Of a stretch of DNA of 64,000 nucleotides, positions 24,406 to 37,260 are shown in pieces. Within the stretch, counting starts at the first letter, position 1. Every line of letters begins with the position of its first letter. The translations under genes were made by a program, and so were the position numbers. Below the pieces are notes generated by a model. That model saw nothing but the letters and a program-made list of their open reading frames with translations, was not told the origin of the DNA and did no database searches. This DNA is from Epiperipatus broadwayi (Eukaryota > Animalia > Onychophora), in contig JAQFVV010000002.1 of the NCBI GenBank assembly GCA_028023455.1, forward strand, positions 12,152,001 through 12,216,000, written 5' to 3'.

Positions 24406-25744
24406 AGCTTAATGAAATTTAAATAAAAGATTTGAAACAAAAAAAAGATATACATTTTAAATTTCTAATTATAAGTAGAGATAATAAATAATAATAATAA
24501 TGATGATAATTGAGCAGGAATAATAGACTAAGGCTTTTAATAATAACATGTTTTTTAATGCCCTAACTAGTGCTCAGATTATTTTAAAATATTTCTTAAA
24601 TGTTTTATTGGAGAGAAGTTTTATATGAGCAGAGAGAGAGAATCAGAAAGAAAAAAAAGAAAATATGAGAGACATTTGAAATATGGATTTGAAAAAAAAA
24701 ATAGAAAAAAGTATGTTGAAAAGCAATATTAGCATTGCTAAAATGTTTATAAGACTAAATTTTTTTTTTTCTTCATACATGATGTGAAGAAGAAATGATA
24801 ATGGACTTTTGTAGGCTGTATGTTTTTTCCTGGGATCAGAGAATTTAAACCAACACTTGATTACTGTTGATGGTAGTTTGCAACAATTTCTTCTAGCATT
24901 GCAATTTTAGAATTGTATGAAAAATATAATGAGAACAGAATGTATAGAATATAAGAGACAAAGGAGAAAAAAGAAAAAACACTGAATGATGATATAAATA
25001 TAAAAAAAATGCTTGTATTTGAAAAAAAAAAATATTGTGAAATAATTAATGATGATAATAATTGTCTCAGATTCTACAGGTAAATTTAATTGACTTGTAA
25101 ATTTTTCTTTAAATAAAGTAAATAAATTAATCCTTTTAGTTCATATTTTATTTATTTATAATATAGTCAAATTCTCAGGAGGTTATGTGATTGCAAACCA
25201 ATTACAACAAAAAGATCACTCCCCAATCCACTTGCTCTTTCATAGCCAGAATTTAATTCAGAAACTTTGCTCTGAACTATCCTCCCTCACTCCGGAGTCA
25301 AACTACTAGTGGCATTCATAAATTGTCATACACTTTATATATTTTTAATTAGATTTAAAAAACACACACACAATATAGAATTACATTGTCAAAAACGTTT
25401 TGTATCAACTCAGACGTATATATAGAATCCCTCCCCCCTCCATCAAAATGTTTAAAAAGTTTTCGGCTTTACATTTAATGTAAAGAACAAAAAAAATTAT
25501 ACAGTTTTTGAAATATTGCTTTGAACTAAATTTAAATAAACAAGTGACTTAGTTTCATCTGCATATTGATTTTAAATGTTTATTTTGTTGTTATCTATGT
25601 TTAAATATATCTCTCATATATCAGTTTCGCACTTCATATTTTTCTACTTGACGATATGCTATCATCGGAAATAATGCATCCAGCAACTGTTTTTTTCTAA
25701 TTGCACATTTCTCATATGTCTTTCCTGTAGAATATGAATGAAGT

Positions 25745-26080
25745 GTGGTGTGGCAGCTGATTCAACACTTTCTATTGTTGCCCTAGAGGAAGTGTTACAC
25801 ATTGAAAAAGAAAGAGGTCAGGGAGGTTGCAGCAAATTTTCTCCGAAACTGACAAAATAATTTCTATCATGAGATTTTTTTTTTTGACTCTTGTTGATGT
25901 GGAAAAGAGAATTAAAAAAAAGCAATAAAAAAAAAAATCTCCAAAGAAAAACATTTTCCAGTTACAGGCTGTGCTTACTATGCTTCTGGGATCTCGATAG
26001 TGGACTTAGAACAGATTTTTCTAATGAGCCTAAATTGGACTAATTGAACATTAGTGTCAATTTAGGAAGTGAAAGAATGA
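25745..26080 (+). mobile_element. PIF/Harbinger transposase N-terminal remnant
   Basis: SIVALEE...ERGQG, then LVDVEKRIKK..ISKE..VT..YYASG.S..DL...F.MS, resembling the Harbinger IS.EERL.VTLRYLATG.S...L...F block. Confidence 0.55.
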
Positions 26081-27117
26081 CCATTTCTTGTCAGAAATGA
26101 TTACATAAATAGAAATCATTTAACAACGTGTAATAAAACAAAGTAAATAAATACTAGTAGAAACTAAATAAACCATTTTTAATTAATTACAATCAAAATT
26201 TTAATAACTGTTTTTTTTTTTTTAAAACTTATATTTTATAATACTTACATATCATGTTCATAAAATGAAAAACTGAATTTTTAATTTAAAAAGTCATAAA
26301 ATTTATAAAATAAAATTATTCTAATCTTGTTACAATTTATTTTATCAACTAATCAAAGGATAAATATCTTAATAGTATTAGGAAATTTAATATTACTATA
26401 TGTAAAATCGTTTGTTGTAATATTAAAATAAAATTAAAAAAATATGTGAATCTGTTTTTAATTAAAAAAAACAATAGTAGCAAATAAAATAAAATTACTA
26501 TACATATATTTCATTATAAATACTGGATAACATTAATTTACAAATCCATTTCTTAAAAGTATTTCAAACACATTTTTGTAATGGTCTTCCCATGATTTCT
26601 ATAAGTCATTCTAATATCTTTTAGAATGCAAAAGATGTGTTAATTTTTTTAAAAAAGCTTTTTTAAAATTTTATTTGTATTTTTTTTATGTATTCCTTAA
26701 TTAAGCACGCATTTAATATTGATTAAATGAACTCACATTAAAATATAAAACACTATTAACAAGTTATCAGTACAATCCTTCGATGATAATATTGTCACTC
26801 TATTAAACTCTCTTTAATTCTAAAAAAAAAAAAAAATAGAATAATCTCATAACTAATAATATGACCATATAAACATGCTATCTTCTAAAATGAATATCTA
26901 AATGCAACAGTCACATATGTAAATGTGAAACATGATTACCACCGACAAGTTAACATTTTGAAAAACTACAAAATATTTTAACTTCAATATACATATGTTT
27001 TTCTGAATTAAACTCTTTAAAAATTATCTCCACCCCTTAATCATAAAATGATTTCAAGGTTTCAACATTAAGATCAAAGCTTTTTACTCGTGCACTATTC
27101 ATACCCTCATTTATATT

Positions 27118-27609
27118 AAACCACTAAACATCACATGATCACCATCTCTTATGTTTAATAACAGTTATGTGCTAGCATAAGAGATAGTGATCATAAGATG
27201 TTTAGTGGTTTAACACCAATTCTGCCTAATAGGATAGTGGTGGCTATGGTTGTCAAAGAGCCAAAGACACCAAAATGTATGGGTGCTAAACTGAGTTCAG
27301 ACCCATATGACTATATAAGCTATTGAGCTTAGATTGAAAATATTGTGCTTTCAATTTCATTCTCATAGTTTTGTAGTTAAGTAGAGATAAAAGGTGGCTT
27401 CTGGAGGGTTGCATTAGATCCTAAGATCTACAGTACTATCAGATCCAAGGCTCCTCACTGACGAAGGCCACAAGCCAGAAACTAGTCTAAAGATATTGGA
27501 TGAGTAGGCACTCGATGGGGATTTTATGCACAAGCCTTCTGGCATCCATTGATTACTCTGCTTGGCACAGAGTGGCACTACTGTATGGAGAGTTTTGCCT
27601 GTTTAATCA
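27118..27609 (+). mobile_element. HHR-bearing non-coding element family A, copy 1
   Basis: Reverse-complement homolog of 43066-43529. Terminal 38-bp hairpin (27116-27153 / 27176-27213, 35/38 paired). Flanked by CATTTATATT at 27108-27117 and 27610-27619. Confidence 0.88.
27452..27493 (+). ncRNA. Hammerhead motif, family A copy 1
   Basis: TCCTCA-CTGACGA-A-GGC-CACAA-GCC-A-GAAA-CTAG-TC: intact core, ACTAGT palindrome. Cleavage predicted after 27487. Helix I 3' strand is decayed (TAAAGA). Confidence 0.75.
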
Positions 27610-28057
27610 CATTTATATTCATGTTAACAAAAAAAAAATGGCTGCAGTAATAAAAATTTTAAACTACAAACATAAAATAGATTTGAAAAACAAAGATGGC
27701 ATGTTAATCTAAACTTTTACTTAATTTCTTAGCTAATTTTTATTTTTAAATTCTTCATTAATATTACTGTTCACTGTATGATTTCATAGATCTAATTCTG
27801 CTATGTAATAGAGAATTTATTAATTCATAAACTGTGAAATTAAGTATATTGTTTTTTTTTCTTCTCATATGTAAAATTAAATAAAATTATTTTTACATCT
27901 TATCTGTATGTATCTAATGAAAATCTGTACTAGTTATGTAATGAATAGAGGACACGTGTTTCTATAAATTCATTAGCTACATTAAAATATAAAACAATAA
28001 CACAATAAATAAAGTTGTAATTAATAATTTGTAAAGCGCATACTCATTACGTAAATA

Positions 28058-28328
28058 ATATATAGCCTTAAGATTGTGCACCTAAAATATGATAGTAGGA
28101 ACCTCTATAAATCTAAACACACGATAAACGACTTTAAAAGACAAAAGTGACCATTCTTACCTTTGACCTAATTTCTAAATATATATGTGAATCTAAACCA
28201 TTTTGATTTGAGATGTATTAGATTCACCTATATTTACAAATTAGATCAATCTTGTGTTTAGATTTTTAGAGATCCATACTGTCGTATTTTAGGCGCATAG
28301 TCTTATGGTTGTAGCCTTAATATATATT
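28058..28328. mobile_element. Foldback element (MITE-like)
   Basis: Nested inverted matches along its length: tagccttaagattgtgcacctaaaatatgatag versus ctgtcgtattttaggcgcatagtcttatgg; aaatctaaacac versus gtgtttagattt; gtgaatcta versus tagattcac. Confidence 0.75.
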
Positions 28329-29266
28329 ACTTAATAAATGAATATGTAAATGAAGTTGATATTTGACAAACTATTTTGCAATGTAATATCATATTTATAG
28401 ATCCCCAATGAAGGCTACAGATTCAGCTGAAGAGGAAAATTAAAATAAATTGTTTTTTGTTTTAAAAAAAAATACAAAAAAAAAAAATTAAAAAGTATTA
28501 TTTACAACATTTAAATGATTTAAGACATGCACTTTAATTTCCAATGCTTTTTTATAATCCAATTTTTACATATAATTATTTTATACTTTTAATTGAAAAT
28601 ATTACATTGCATGTTTATTCAATAAGTAAAATATGTTACCATTATTTTAGATAAAACTTTAGTTGCCTAGCAGGCAGATAGATATTCATGGATAAATGTC
28701 TAATAATTTCTTATGTAACATATAAGTTATATATATAGAGCTTATATATTATATTAAATAGCAGGTTTTCCTCTGCAATCAGAAAACAACATATACTGTT
28801 ATATGTGACAGCTCATTTGAAGAATTGTTGTATTCTGCTGGATGCAGCCTCCATGAAGTCTTCATTATGTTCAATAATCTAAAAACATACAACAGCAAAA
28901 AAGATCAAGCTATATCTCAAACTTATCCCTATTAATTTGCATCATTAAGCGGGTGATCTGCATGTCTTTTTTGATCGATCAAAATGTTGTTTTCTTTCTT
29001 TGCTGACGTAAAAAGTATAAGCATGATGTCAAACAAAATATGGGCATTTGATAGATCTCTAACATATCTTTCTAAAGATGGCTTTCACAAAAAAATCCGA
29101 TGAAATTTGGATTTTTTATGAATTTTTTTATTAAGCAGCACATTTATTTATTTATTTTTATCAATTTTGTAATTTTCATGAAGCAATAAAGACAAAAAAT
29201 ACATAGCAGCCTTCAAATACACTTTTATTGGAATAAAAGCACTCTTATTCACAAACAAGGCCTTCA

Positions 29267-30129
29267 ATGGAGTCTAAACGTAATCAGAACATCAGGTTCG
29301 TAAGTATAAAATTTTATTTTTTTTAATATTTTAATTTTTTTTTTAATTATGTGAAAAATGATTAATTTTTATTAATTTTAGTTTGTAGTTGGTGTGTGTC
29401 TATATAAATTATATATTCATTTATGCTCATATAGAATTCATATCTCCGATAATTTTCTAAGTTCTAATCCATTTATTTTATAAAAATAAACTTATTTTAT
29501 AAAAATGATTCTCAAAAAGTGTAATAATTTATTATTTGTTATTATGTTTATATGGTGTGTTTGTGTTTGCAAGTAATGATTTACAAAACTAGTAATCAAA
29601 TGTACAGAAAGATTGCATATGCAGGCAAATAATCAAATTCTGATTCTTGCCTATGCCTTGATACTCATGCTTTGGAGTCACTCTGGTTTTGCTATATGCT
29701 TTATCATATTATTTTCAAGTCTATACCTAATAAATGGACTATATGCAAATAAATTATATCTATATGATACAATAAATATAACAAGATAGCATCACTGGTA
29801 TGTATAAAGAATATAAACATCACTTGTGTGCATAAAGAATATAAACATCACTGATGTACACAAAAAATATGAAATGAAGAGATGAAACTCATTTTATCAG
29901 TGATACAGACAGTAGCCTACAATTTCTAGTTTTAGATAGACAAGAAGCCAATTGCTATGATTGCAAATGCATATCTATCTTCTGGAAATGATTTGTTTTG
30001 TATCTTTTATTAGGATGAATCTTTTCTTATAGACGCCTTTGACATTTGGTAACTTTTGGGGTACGAGATAAAAATGAAGAATTCTTATGTGAATACTTTT
30101 GGAGATTCTGAAGCTATGGATTATCTCAG
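29267..30129 (+). pseudogene. Possible spliced gene relic (exons 29267-29299 and 30014-30129)
   Basis: ATG..MESKRNQNIRF followed by GTAAGT; acceptor ttttattag; in-frame DESFLIDAFDIW*LLGYEIKMKNSYVNTFGDSEAMDYL followed by GTAAGA. One in-frame TAA; no family recognised. Confidence 0.3.
29790..29873. repeat. 28-bp tandem repeat, 3 units
   Basis: catcactggtatgtataaagaatataaa / catcacttgtgtgcataaagaatataaa / catcactgatgtacacaaaaaatatgaa, with no spacers. Confidence 0.9.
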
Positions 30130-31719
30130 GTAAGACATATTATATATGGTTTGAAAGATAATTTTGTGAGGAATACAAAGAAATTATAACTGAAGATATA
30201 ATTTAAACTTAGTTCATAATGAATTAGAAATTATGAACAAACAATAAAGTAATAATTATTTCGGATGTTGAAATTTCTTTTTTTCCTTAATTTTTAAATA
30301 GTTATCACTATTTGTCTTAGACTTATTGTTTTCCTTAGTTTTTCTAGTTTCTATTAATGTAATTTTTTTTCTCTAACATAATTAAAACTGAAGTTATTAT
30401 GAAAATTGTGTCTCAGGCCAGTTTTTAAAAAAATTCAATATAGCATCTTAGTCCCAAGTAGTTAACCAATAAAGCTTATATTGCTTATTTCCTTTCTGAA
30501 ATAGTTAATATGAGCTTGGTAATAAGACCAAATGAAACTTCTACAATGACAGTCATCCAATGAATAATTTGTTCTTTATAATGTTTTATTAATTTTTTCC
30601 AATAAATAATTCTCATCTATCTCTTCTTTCAACTATTAAAAGAAAAATGATTTAGAAATAATAACATCAAAAAAAAATATCTTAACAAATATATATATAT
30701 AGTAAATGGCCAAACAATGTGTGTGATAGTGCAACTGTTTATCATGCTTATGACAAGAATTTAAATAGGAATCAGATAAAACTTGAAACATTTTCAGATG
30801 CTAATAGACTTTATCATTTTCATTTCAATTGAAGAGATGATGGCCAATACAACTGTAAACAAGAATCTAGCTATTCTTAACTAGAAGCTAAAACAGAATG
30901 AAAAACTTCTTAAACCTTCACCATTCAACAACTAACAAACTTAGTGAGTATGGCCTTCTTTATTTTTTATTGTTCCTCACCTCTATTGCAAAGGTCTTTG
31001 TACAGCAGTGTGACTTTTTAAAAAAAAACATGTTTAATATTTTATATATATATATGTTGTAAAAGAAAATATGCAATAAATAATGGAAGCACACTGAGGA
31101 AGAAAAGAGAAAATCACTCTCCTTTTCTCTTTTATCTCAATTAACCATCTGTTTATATTAGATTAGGGTGAACAAATAATATCTATCTGTGAATAAGACA
31201 AGATTTAAAAGATTTTTAAATCAATATAATACACGCAAAATTAAATAGTATTTACTAAAAAAATCAAAAATAATAATTAGTTTTAAATTAATTTTATTAG
31301 GTTTACTATATACACTGGAGATTATTCACAAGTCTTATTGAAACAAAAGAGATTTCAAGTAGAAAAGTGATAATTATAGATGTTCGTATAATTGAGCAAT
31401 AATCAATATATATCTAATGCATATTAATTAGTATATTCAACAGGCAAGTCACAGGGTTGTGGTTAATGAGATCAGATTCCATATAGCTGCAAAAATATCA
31501 GCTGGTGCATGGGTTTGATCTCTGGTCTTAATATTTAATTTTTTTAGGTGATTTAATATTGTGAGATTTGGGATTAAAGTTTAGATAGCATCTGATGAAC
31601 CAGAGTGTGAAAAAAATAACTGTAGTAATTTTTATATTGGGAAAAGTACCACTTTATATATTTTTATGAGGTTGTTGATTGTTAGTGAGTTTGAATGAGT
31701 CATGTTAGTAATAAGAGTA

Positions 31720-34060
31720 TTACAAGGAAGAAGTTAGGAGAAATCCATAAGAAAGTGTTCTAATGTTTCTTCGTTTATATGACAGAGAGCACATAATGGA
31801 TCTATATTTGCGAAGTGTCATTTATAAAAGAGAAAACAATTAGTAGGAAGGGCTTTGACATTTATTTTTATTAAAAAGTCCAGATATATGGATTCCAGGT
31901 GCCAATATCTGAACTTTTTTATGATGTACAGTATTTGTTACTACATAACAAGAAAGATTGACTATTATTTGATATACTATTATTATTTTCAATTTCGTAT
32001 GTTTACCAATAGTTAATTTTATTTAAAAATAGATTAGGGAAGAGAGTAGTATGTTTACTTAGGAGAATTATTAACGTTTTGATAAAATTGTTGTTAATGG
32101 GTTGTGGAGTGGCAGTAGGGTTAACAGGAATTACACTATTAACATTTAGAAAGAAACTAATTAGTTTAGTCATTTTATTAATGGTTCTCTGAAGATAAAA
32201 TGTAGAAATGTCATGTAATAAGAGATCATTGAATTTAATGTTTTTGCATATTTCTTATGTTAAGAGCTACTGCTTTTTTTATTCCAGATTACTTTGGCAA
32301 TAAGGGAGTATATATTTATTTTTGAATGAAGTAAAATTTAATAATGGGTAAGAAATAATTAATTTTAGGAATATTAAAATGCTGATTAGTGAGCCTTAGC
32401 ATATACTGAAAGGCATGGTTTGGATAATGCATTGATGGTATATTCTAATGAAACAACTGATTTTGAATAGCGGTTTTTATTGCATTATATGAGAGGTATA
32501 TTGCAAAATATGAGGAGTAAAGGAAAAATTGGGGATGGTTTTACCTATAATAATATTCTAAGTAGAAGATTTGTTTTTATTAAAGTGGATTGAAAAATTA
32601 TTAGTAAATTATTAAGTACAATGTCAAGTAAAGAGAGAAGTTTTTTTGATGGGAGAAAAATAATTAAGTCATTCATATAGATGTGATTAATGGTTTGGTT
32701 AATTATAGGAATTCATAGAATTTTGCTTTATATTTCCAAAAGAAGAGGTTTTATATAAGTTGTGAAGAGGGCTAAGAGGAGAGTCTTGAGGAATAGAATT
32801 ATGTGGATGAAATCCAGGAAATATTTCCCATTGATAGTTATCGAAACTTCTCTATTTATAAGTAGATTTGCCAGTATACAGAAGTATGGTATTGGTATAT
32901 TATATTCCCTGAAATAGTTATAGTAGTTTAGGTATAGGAACTGAGTCAAATTCAGACCTCATCCAATTGAACATCTATGGGCTCTGATTTTCTATATTGC
33001 CTAATGTGATCTGTTATTACTTTGAACAGAATATCTGGTGATGAAGTAACCAAACCTTTTATTGCAAACTGAAATTTTGATAATAAAGGAAGGAGTGGTT
33101 GGATTTTATCTTTAATAAGAGATTCAACTATTTGAATAAGAAGTCGAGTCATGGATATGGGCCTAAGATTGTCCAAGGTGGAAGAAATATTTTTTTAAGG
33201 ATGAGAACCATAGAGATAGGATAATGTTCTACAATTGTGGATTTGTTTGGAGAAATGATTAATTAAATGTGAATTATAGGAATTGTAAAATGGTCAAGAT
33301 GGTTAAGCAGGAAATTGAGTATTGCATGAGATCTGGATAAGTATTATCAGGAATGCTGTTTAACTTGAAGGCAATGATGTTCAACATAATGTCCAAATAA
33401 AAAAGGGGCAAGTTTGGGATAGGAATAAGTAATTTAGATTTAAAGTGATAGTGTAGTAGGGGAAGCATGTTTTCTCCAGTTGTCACATTTGAATCTTTCA
33501 AAATGGATGTTATTGTTTTTTTGGTTTATAACTAAGGACCCATTGCATATATACTTTTGACCCATTATGGCAATCTGCCAAATATAATTTTGACTTTTTA
33601 ATACATTGATAATTTGTGTGTTTGTATTTTTGTTTGAGAGTTATTATTAAAGGAATAAGATGTTGTTGAATGGGAAATATTTTTAGTTGTAAGTGCATTA
33701 CCAATCTAATTGGGAGTTTATTTTTTCTAGTATAAAAATTTATAATAGATTTGATGATGTTTATAAATGTGAACCATGATTCTACAGGATTTAATTCCAT
33801 AATGTTTATTTTTAAAAAATAAATGTAAATTTTTCAGATGTCATGGATTTTAGAAGTAATCTAATAGTATTGTTGAGTCTGAATACTGGTTGACTTTGCA
33901 AGTTTAACTCAATTTTAATTGCCAGTACTAGATGGTGAAAAGCATACAGGTATTGATGTTGGATTGATAAAAAATGAAAGTCAGGAGAGCAGAAAAGATC
34001 TATTTAGGTTGGAGTGTTGTTGTTTGTTTGTTTTTTTGGTGTAGAAAGAAAAGGAATTTG
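31720..34060 (-). mobile_element. Decayed non-LTR retrotransposon (L1/Tx1-like), related to the element at 1-1450
   Basis: DNLRPISMT, FQFA, DVQL...FDSV, PQDSPLSP, and DPLCALCHINEETLEHFLM (31743-31803, zinc-knuckle-like). Shares gatgt(t)caattgg...tttgactcagt with position 287-311. Confidence 0.85.
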
Positions 34061-34739
34061 TGGGGGGAAATCCTTCTGTACTCATGAGTCTGGCATTAAT
34101 CTGATGGAGATATTTCTTCACAAAAGTTTAATATAGTTTTAAATGAGGATTTGTTGCTTTGGAATAAAATTTTATAATTAACTTTCAATGACTATTACAG
34201 CCAAGACTCATACATAATAATGATGATTTAATAATGATGTTGATTAATTTAGTTAAAATCTTTCATTCATCTTTTACTTGATCATTCTTTATTATTCAAA
34301 TAAATTCAAACCAATCAGAACAATATTAAGAATATGCTGTCAATAGCATACAAAAGTATGCATTTGTAGAAAAGTTCAGATTAAGATCAAATGACAAATT
34401 ATAGTTATTATTTTTTTAATTTAAAAGAGAATATTCAATCTTCATCCCTTATTTCCAACTTTATTTATATTTCTTACACTACTGAGCACTCATTCATTCA
34501 TTTTATAATAAATCTTATTTTAGGTAATAGTGAGTATTCTAATTCTTATTTCAAATTCATATATTACGTTCTTAAATATTTTCATCTTCCGTCCCGGAAC
34601 ATCTCTAAATTTGTACAAAGTTTTCCTGAATACCATTTGTAACAATACCATTTTTCTTAAGGTAAAAAATGATTTAGGCAATTTTTTAGGCAGTTTACTC
34701 AGGTGACATGTATATATGCACACATATGCAAATACAACC

Positions 34740-35100
34740 TTGGCACTAACAAGGCCTTTGAACGTTCCATCATCAGATTTTCAATGAAATGGAAGATTAA
34801 AGAGTTGTGAGTTGGAATAGTTTGAAGCCTGTCCATTAAAGTATATATAGATTGGCTATCTTAATATAAAGCTGAATACTGATTATATATATATGTGAGG
34901 ATAGTAATCTAGACCAACTGATGATTGCTGGTTTAGCATGAAATATGTATATTGGTGATTATTTATCTTTTCAACATGTGTGTGATCAGGTGGGTCAGCA
35001 ATATGAAATGGCACTGAGAGTGGTATGTCGTGTGAAAGTCTGAGTTCGAACCCCGCAAATATTACATATATAAATTGCAGGTTTAAGCCTGTACAATGTA
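34740..35100 (+). mobile_element. Family B copy 4
   Basis: Aligns along its length with 16977-17335; carries an HHR and a B-box-like GAGTTCGAACC at 35042-35052. Confidence 0.85.
34913..34956 (+). ncRNA. Hammerhead motif, family B copy 4
   Basis: ACCAA-CTGATGA-TTGCT-GGTTT-AGCAT-GAAA-TATGTA-TA-TTGGT: intact core, perfect 5-bp helix I, T-T mismatch at the base of helix II. Cleavage predicted after 34951. Confidence 0.8.
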
Positions 35101-36729
35101 TTCATTTTTCTTAAGATAAAAAATGATAATAATATATTACCAATAAACTGATAGATTTTCCTTTTTATTTAACATTATACAGAGAGTACAAAATTACTTA
35201 TAATCTACCTAAATAAAACACATATAAACAGCATTAAATAATTAAAAATGTTAGTAAACATTACAAATAAAATATTTTGTTTTGAAATTTAACTATTATC
35301 AAGACTAAGAGTTTTGGGGAATAATATTTCAAACTGAAAATTTAAATAGTAATGCCATAAAGTCTATCAATAACATTTTCTTAAGTCGGCCAATAAAAAG
35401 CTTTTCAATGCAATGGGCTTTAACAACAATCTAAAGGCAAATGAATGTTTTAATTAAGTAGATTTTTAAGTCTAACAATAATATATTATTGTTCCTGGAA
35501 TAACTTATTATTCATATGTAAAAGAATTAATTTTATTCATTTTGGTGTAATAATATATCAAATGCCACTTTAAACCTTATTCTTATGTATTCCAGTTTAT
35601 CATAGAACGTTTATTTTAATGCAAATCAGTACTGAAATTATATCAAATTATTTTTTGATTTTCATTTTAGTATTGTTATATTTTTGTTAATGCTTTATTA
35701 ATATATATATAATATTAATGCAAGAACTTTGTTTAAAAAAAGAACAGACAAAATTAAATATTTTCATAGAACATTTATGAGCAATTTTCCCCGTCTTTTG
35801 TTGATTTCTTTTAATTTTTAATTGATAAAGTTATAAACTTAATACTTTATATTAAAAAAATTGCTTAGTCAATTTAACGTTTACATTTATAACAATCATT
35901 CATGAATGATAATAAAAATTTCATTTTCCTTTCATTTCTAACTGCTTGTAGTTGATGAAACATTACTAAATAAAATTGAGTTAATTGGGTGAAAATATTA
36001 AAAAGTTAAGAAAAGTTAAATGGGAATTATGCATTGTTTTATTGATATTTTTAAATCATTAGTAAAACTTGAACAATAATAAATAAAGCCAGTGAAAGTT
36101 AGCATTTTAGCAGAATACAACTATATACTGTTCAATATATAGCACAAGAATTAGATTGCAACATTTGTGCAGACACTAAAAAAACATCCAAAGTAATAAT
36201 TATGGGCTAATAGCTTTGATTTTGTATGCAAGAAAAATAATACTGAAGATAAAATTCAAGCAAAGTGTGATTGATTTCAACAGCAATTGTTTCATAGATT
36301 ATTAAATCACTACTGACTCCATATGTCATTTTATTCTTTAGTTAGTAATATGGATTGTTCAAAAGCTTTCAATTATTAATGAAATATTCATCAGTCATTA
36401 ACTATGGGTTTCACAGTATGTTCGTCTACATTTATGTATATCAATTACTACTAAATTCTATTTATGAAGAAAATAAGTACAACAACCATAGTTACTCTGA
36501 ATCTATTGATGAGTCTCCAGTTGCATTTAGAAAGATCCAAAACAGATGGCTTTATTACTGGATCTTGGGGGGGGGGTGTTTAGAACATGATAAGAATTCC
36601 ACTTTTTATTAATTCATTGATTGTAGATTTTTGGTTTAACATCTAATAGAGAGATTTTGATTTAAAACAATATTCCAAGTTATTGTCTTATCTGCTTAAC
36701 AGCTTTTTATACATTTTCTTTAAAGAAAA

Positions 36730-37260
36730 TCTGGTGGAGGAATATGTGAAACAACAGGAAGTCACTTTGACCAAATATATACTAGGGCTCACTCATTTAT
36801 TTTGGAGAAACCAAGGCAGGCATAATCAACAGGACAGCACAACACAGATATACATATAATAGAGCTATGAAAAACAATGATAATTCATCAACATTTTTAG
36901 AGCATCCCAAGAAGACAGGACATTTGTTTGAACTCCCCAGCCCTAAAATAGTCTGTATTGAGAAAAATGACATCAAGCGGAAAATCAGAGAAGCATATTT
37001 TATTAATGGCAATAATAACTCCATCAATAGACGAGATACCTGCTTTGACATCTCCAAACATTGGACTATCTAGTTCATTTGCATACGCTTTGCATACTGT
37101 TTTGTTTCCTTGCCCTATTTCTTCATTCTGCAGCTCACAGTACCGCTATGAATATGAGGCAAAAGGCCTCGAAAGCGCTTAGCTTGTAATAATTTCTGTG
37201 TATCTTTATAGCTTCTCATTCAAGTGTGTCATAGGCTTTCTTAATTTTTGTATATTAAAT
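36730..37260 (+). mobile_element. Penelope-like element 3' fragment (GIY-YIG endonuclease C-half plus end repeat)
   Basis: 36798-37073 reads YFGETKAGIINRTAQH...STFLEHPKKTGHLFE...KIVCIEKNDIKRKIREAYFI...SINR...SKHW, the standard PLE endonuclease signature. Confidence 0.9.
37145..37183 (+). ncRNA. Decayed hammerhead motif in the PLE end
   Basis: GCT-ATGAATA-T-GAGGC-AAAAG-GCCTC-GAAA-GCGC-TT-AGC: helices and AGCGCT palindrome retained, two core substitutions. Confidence 0.65.

Noticed and set aside
29790-29873. CRISPR-like array
   Set aside because: Units are contiguous with no spacers, and the context is eukaryotic.
30798-30870. DDGQYNC as an immunoglobulin-domain motif
   Set aside because: The frame has four stops and does not fit the phase of the upstream exon.
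32184-32215. CTGAAGA-TA..TA-GAAA match
   Set aside because: 2-bp helix II, G at position 17, and it lies within LINE coding sequence.
36360-36400. Minus-strand CTGATGA...GAAAGCTT match
   Set aside because: Helices I and II do not pair convincingly.
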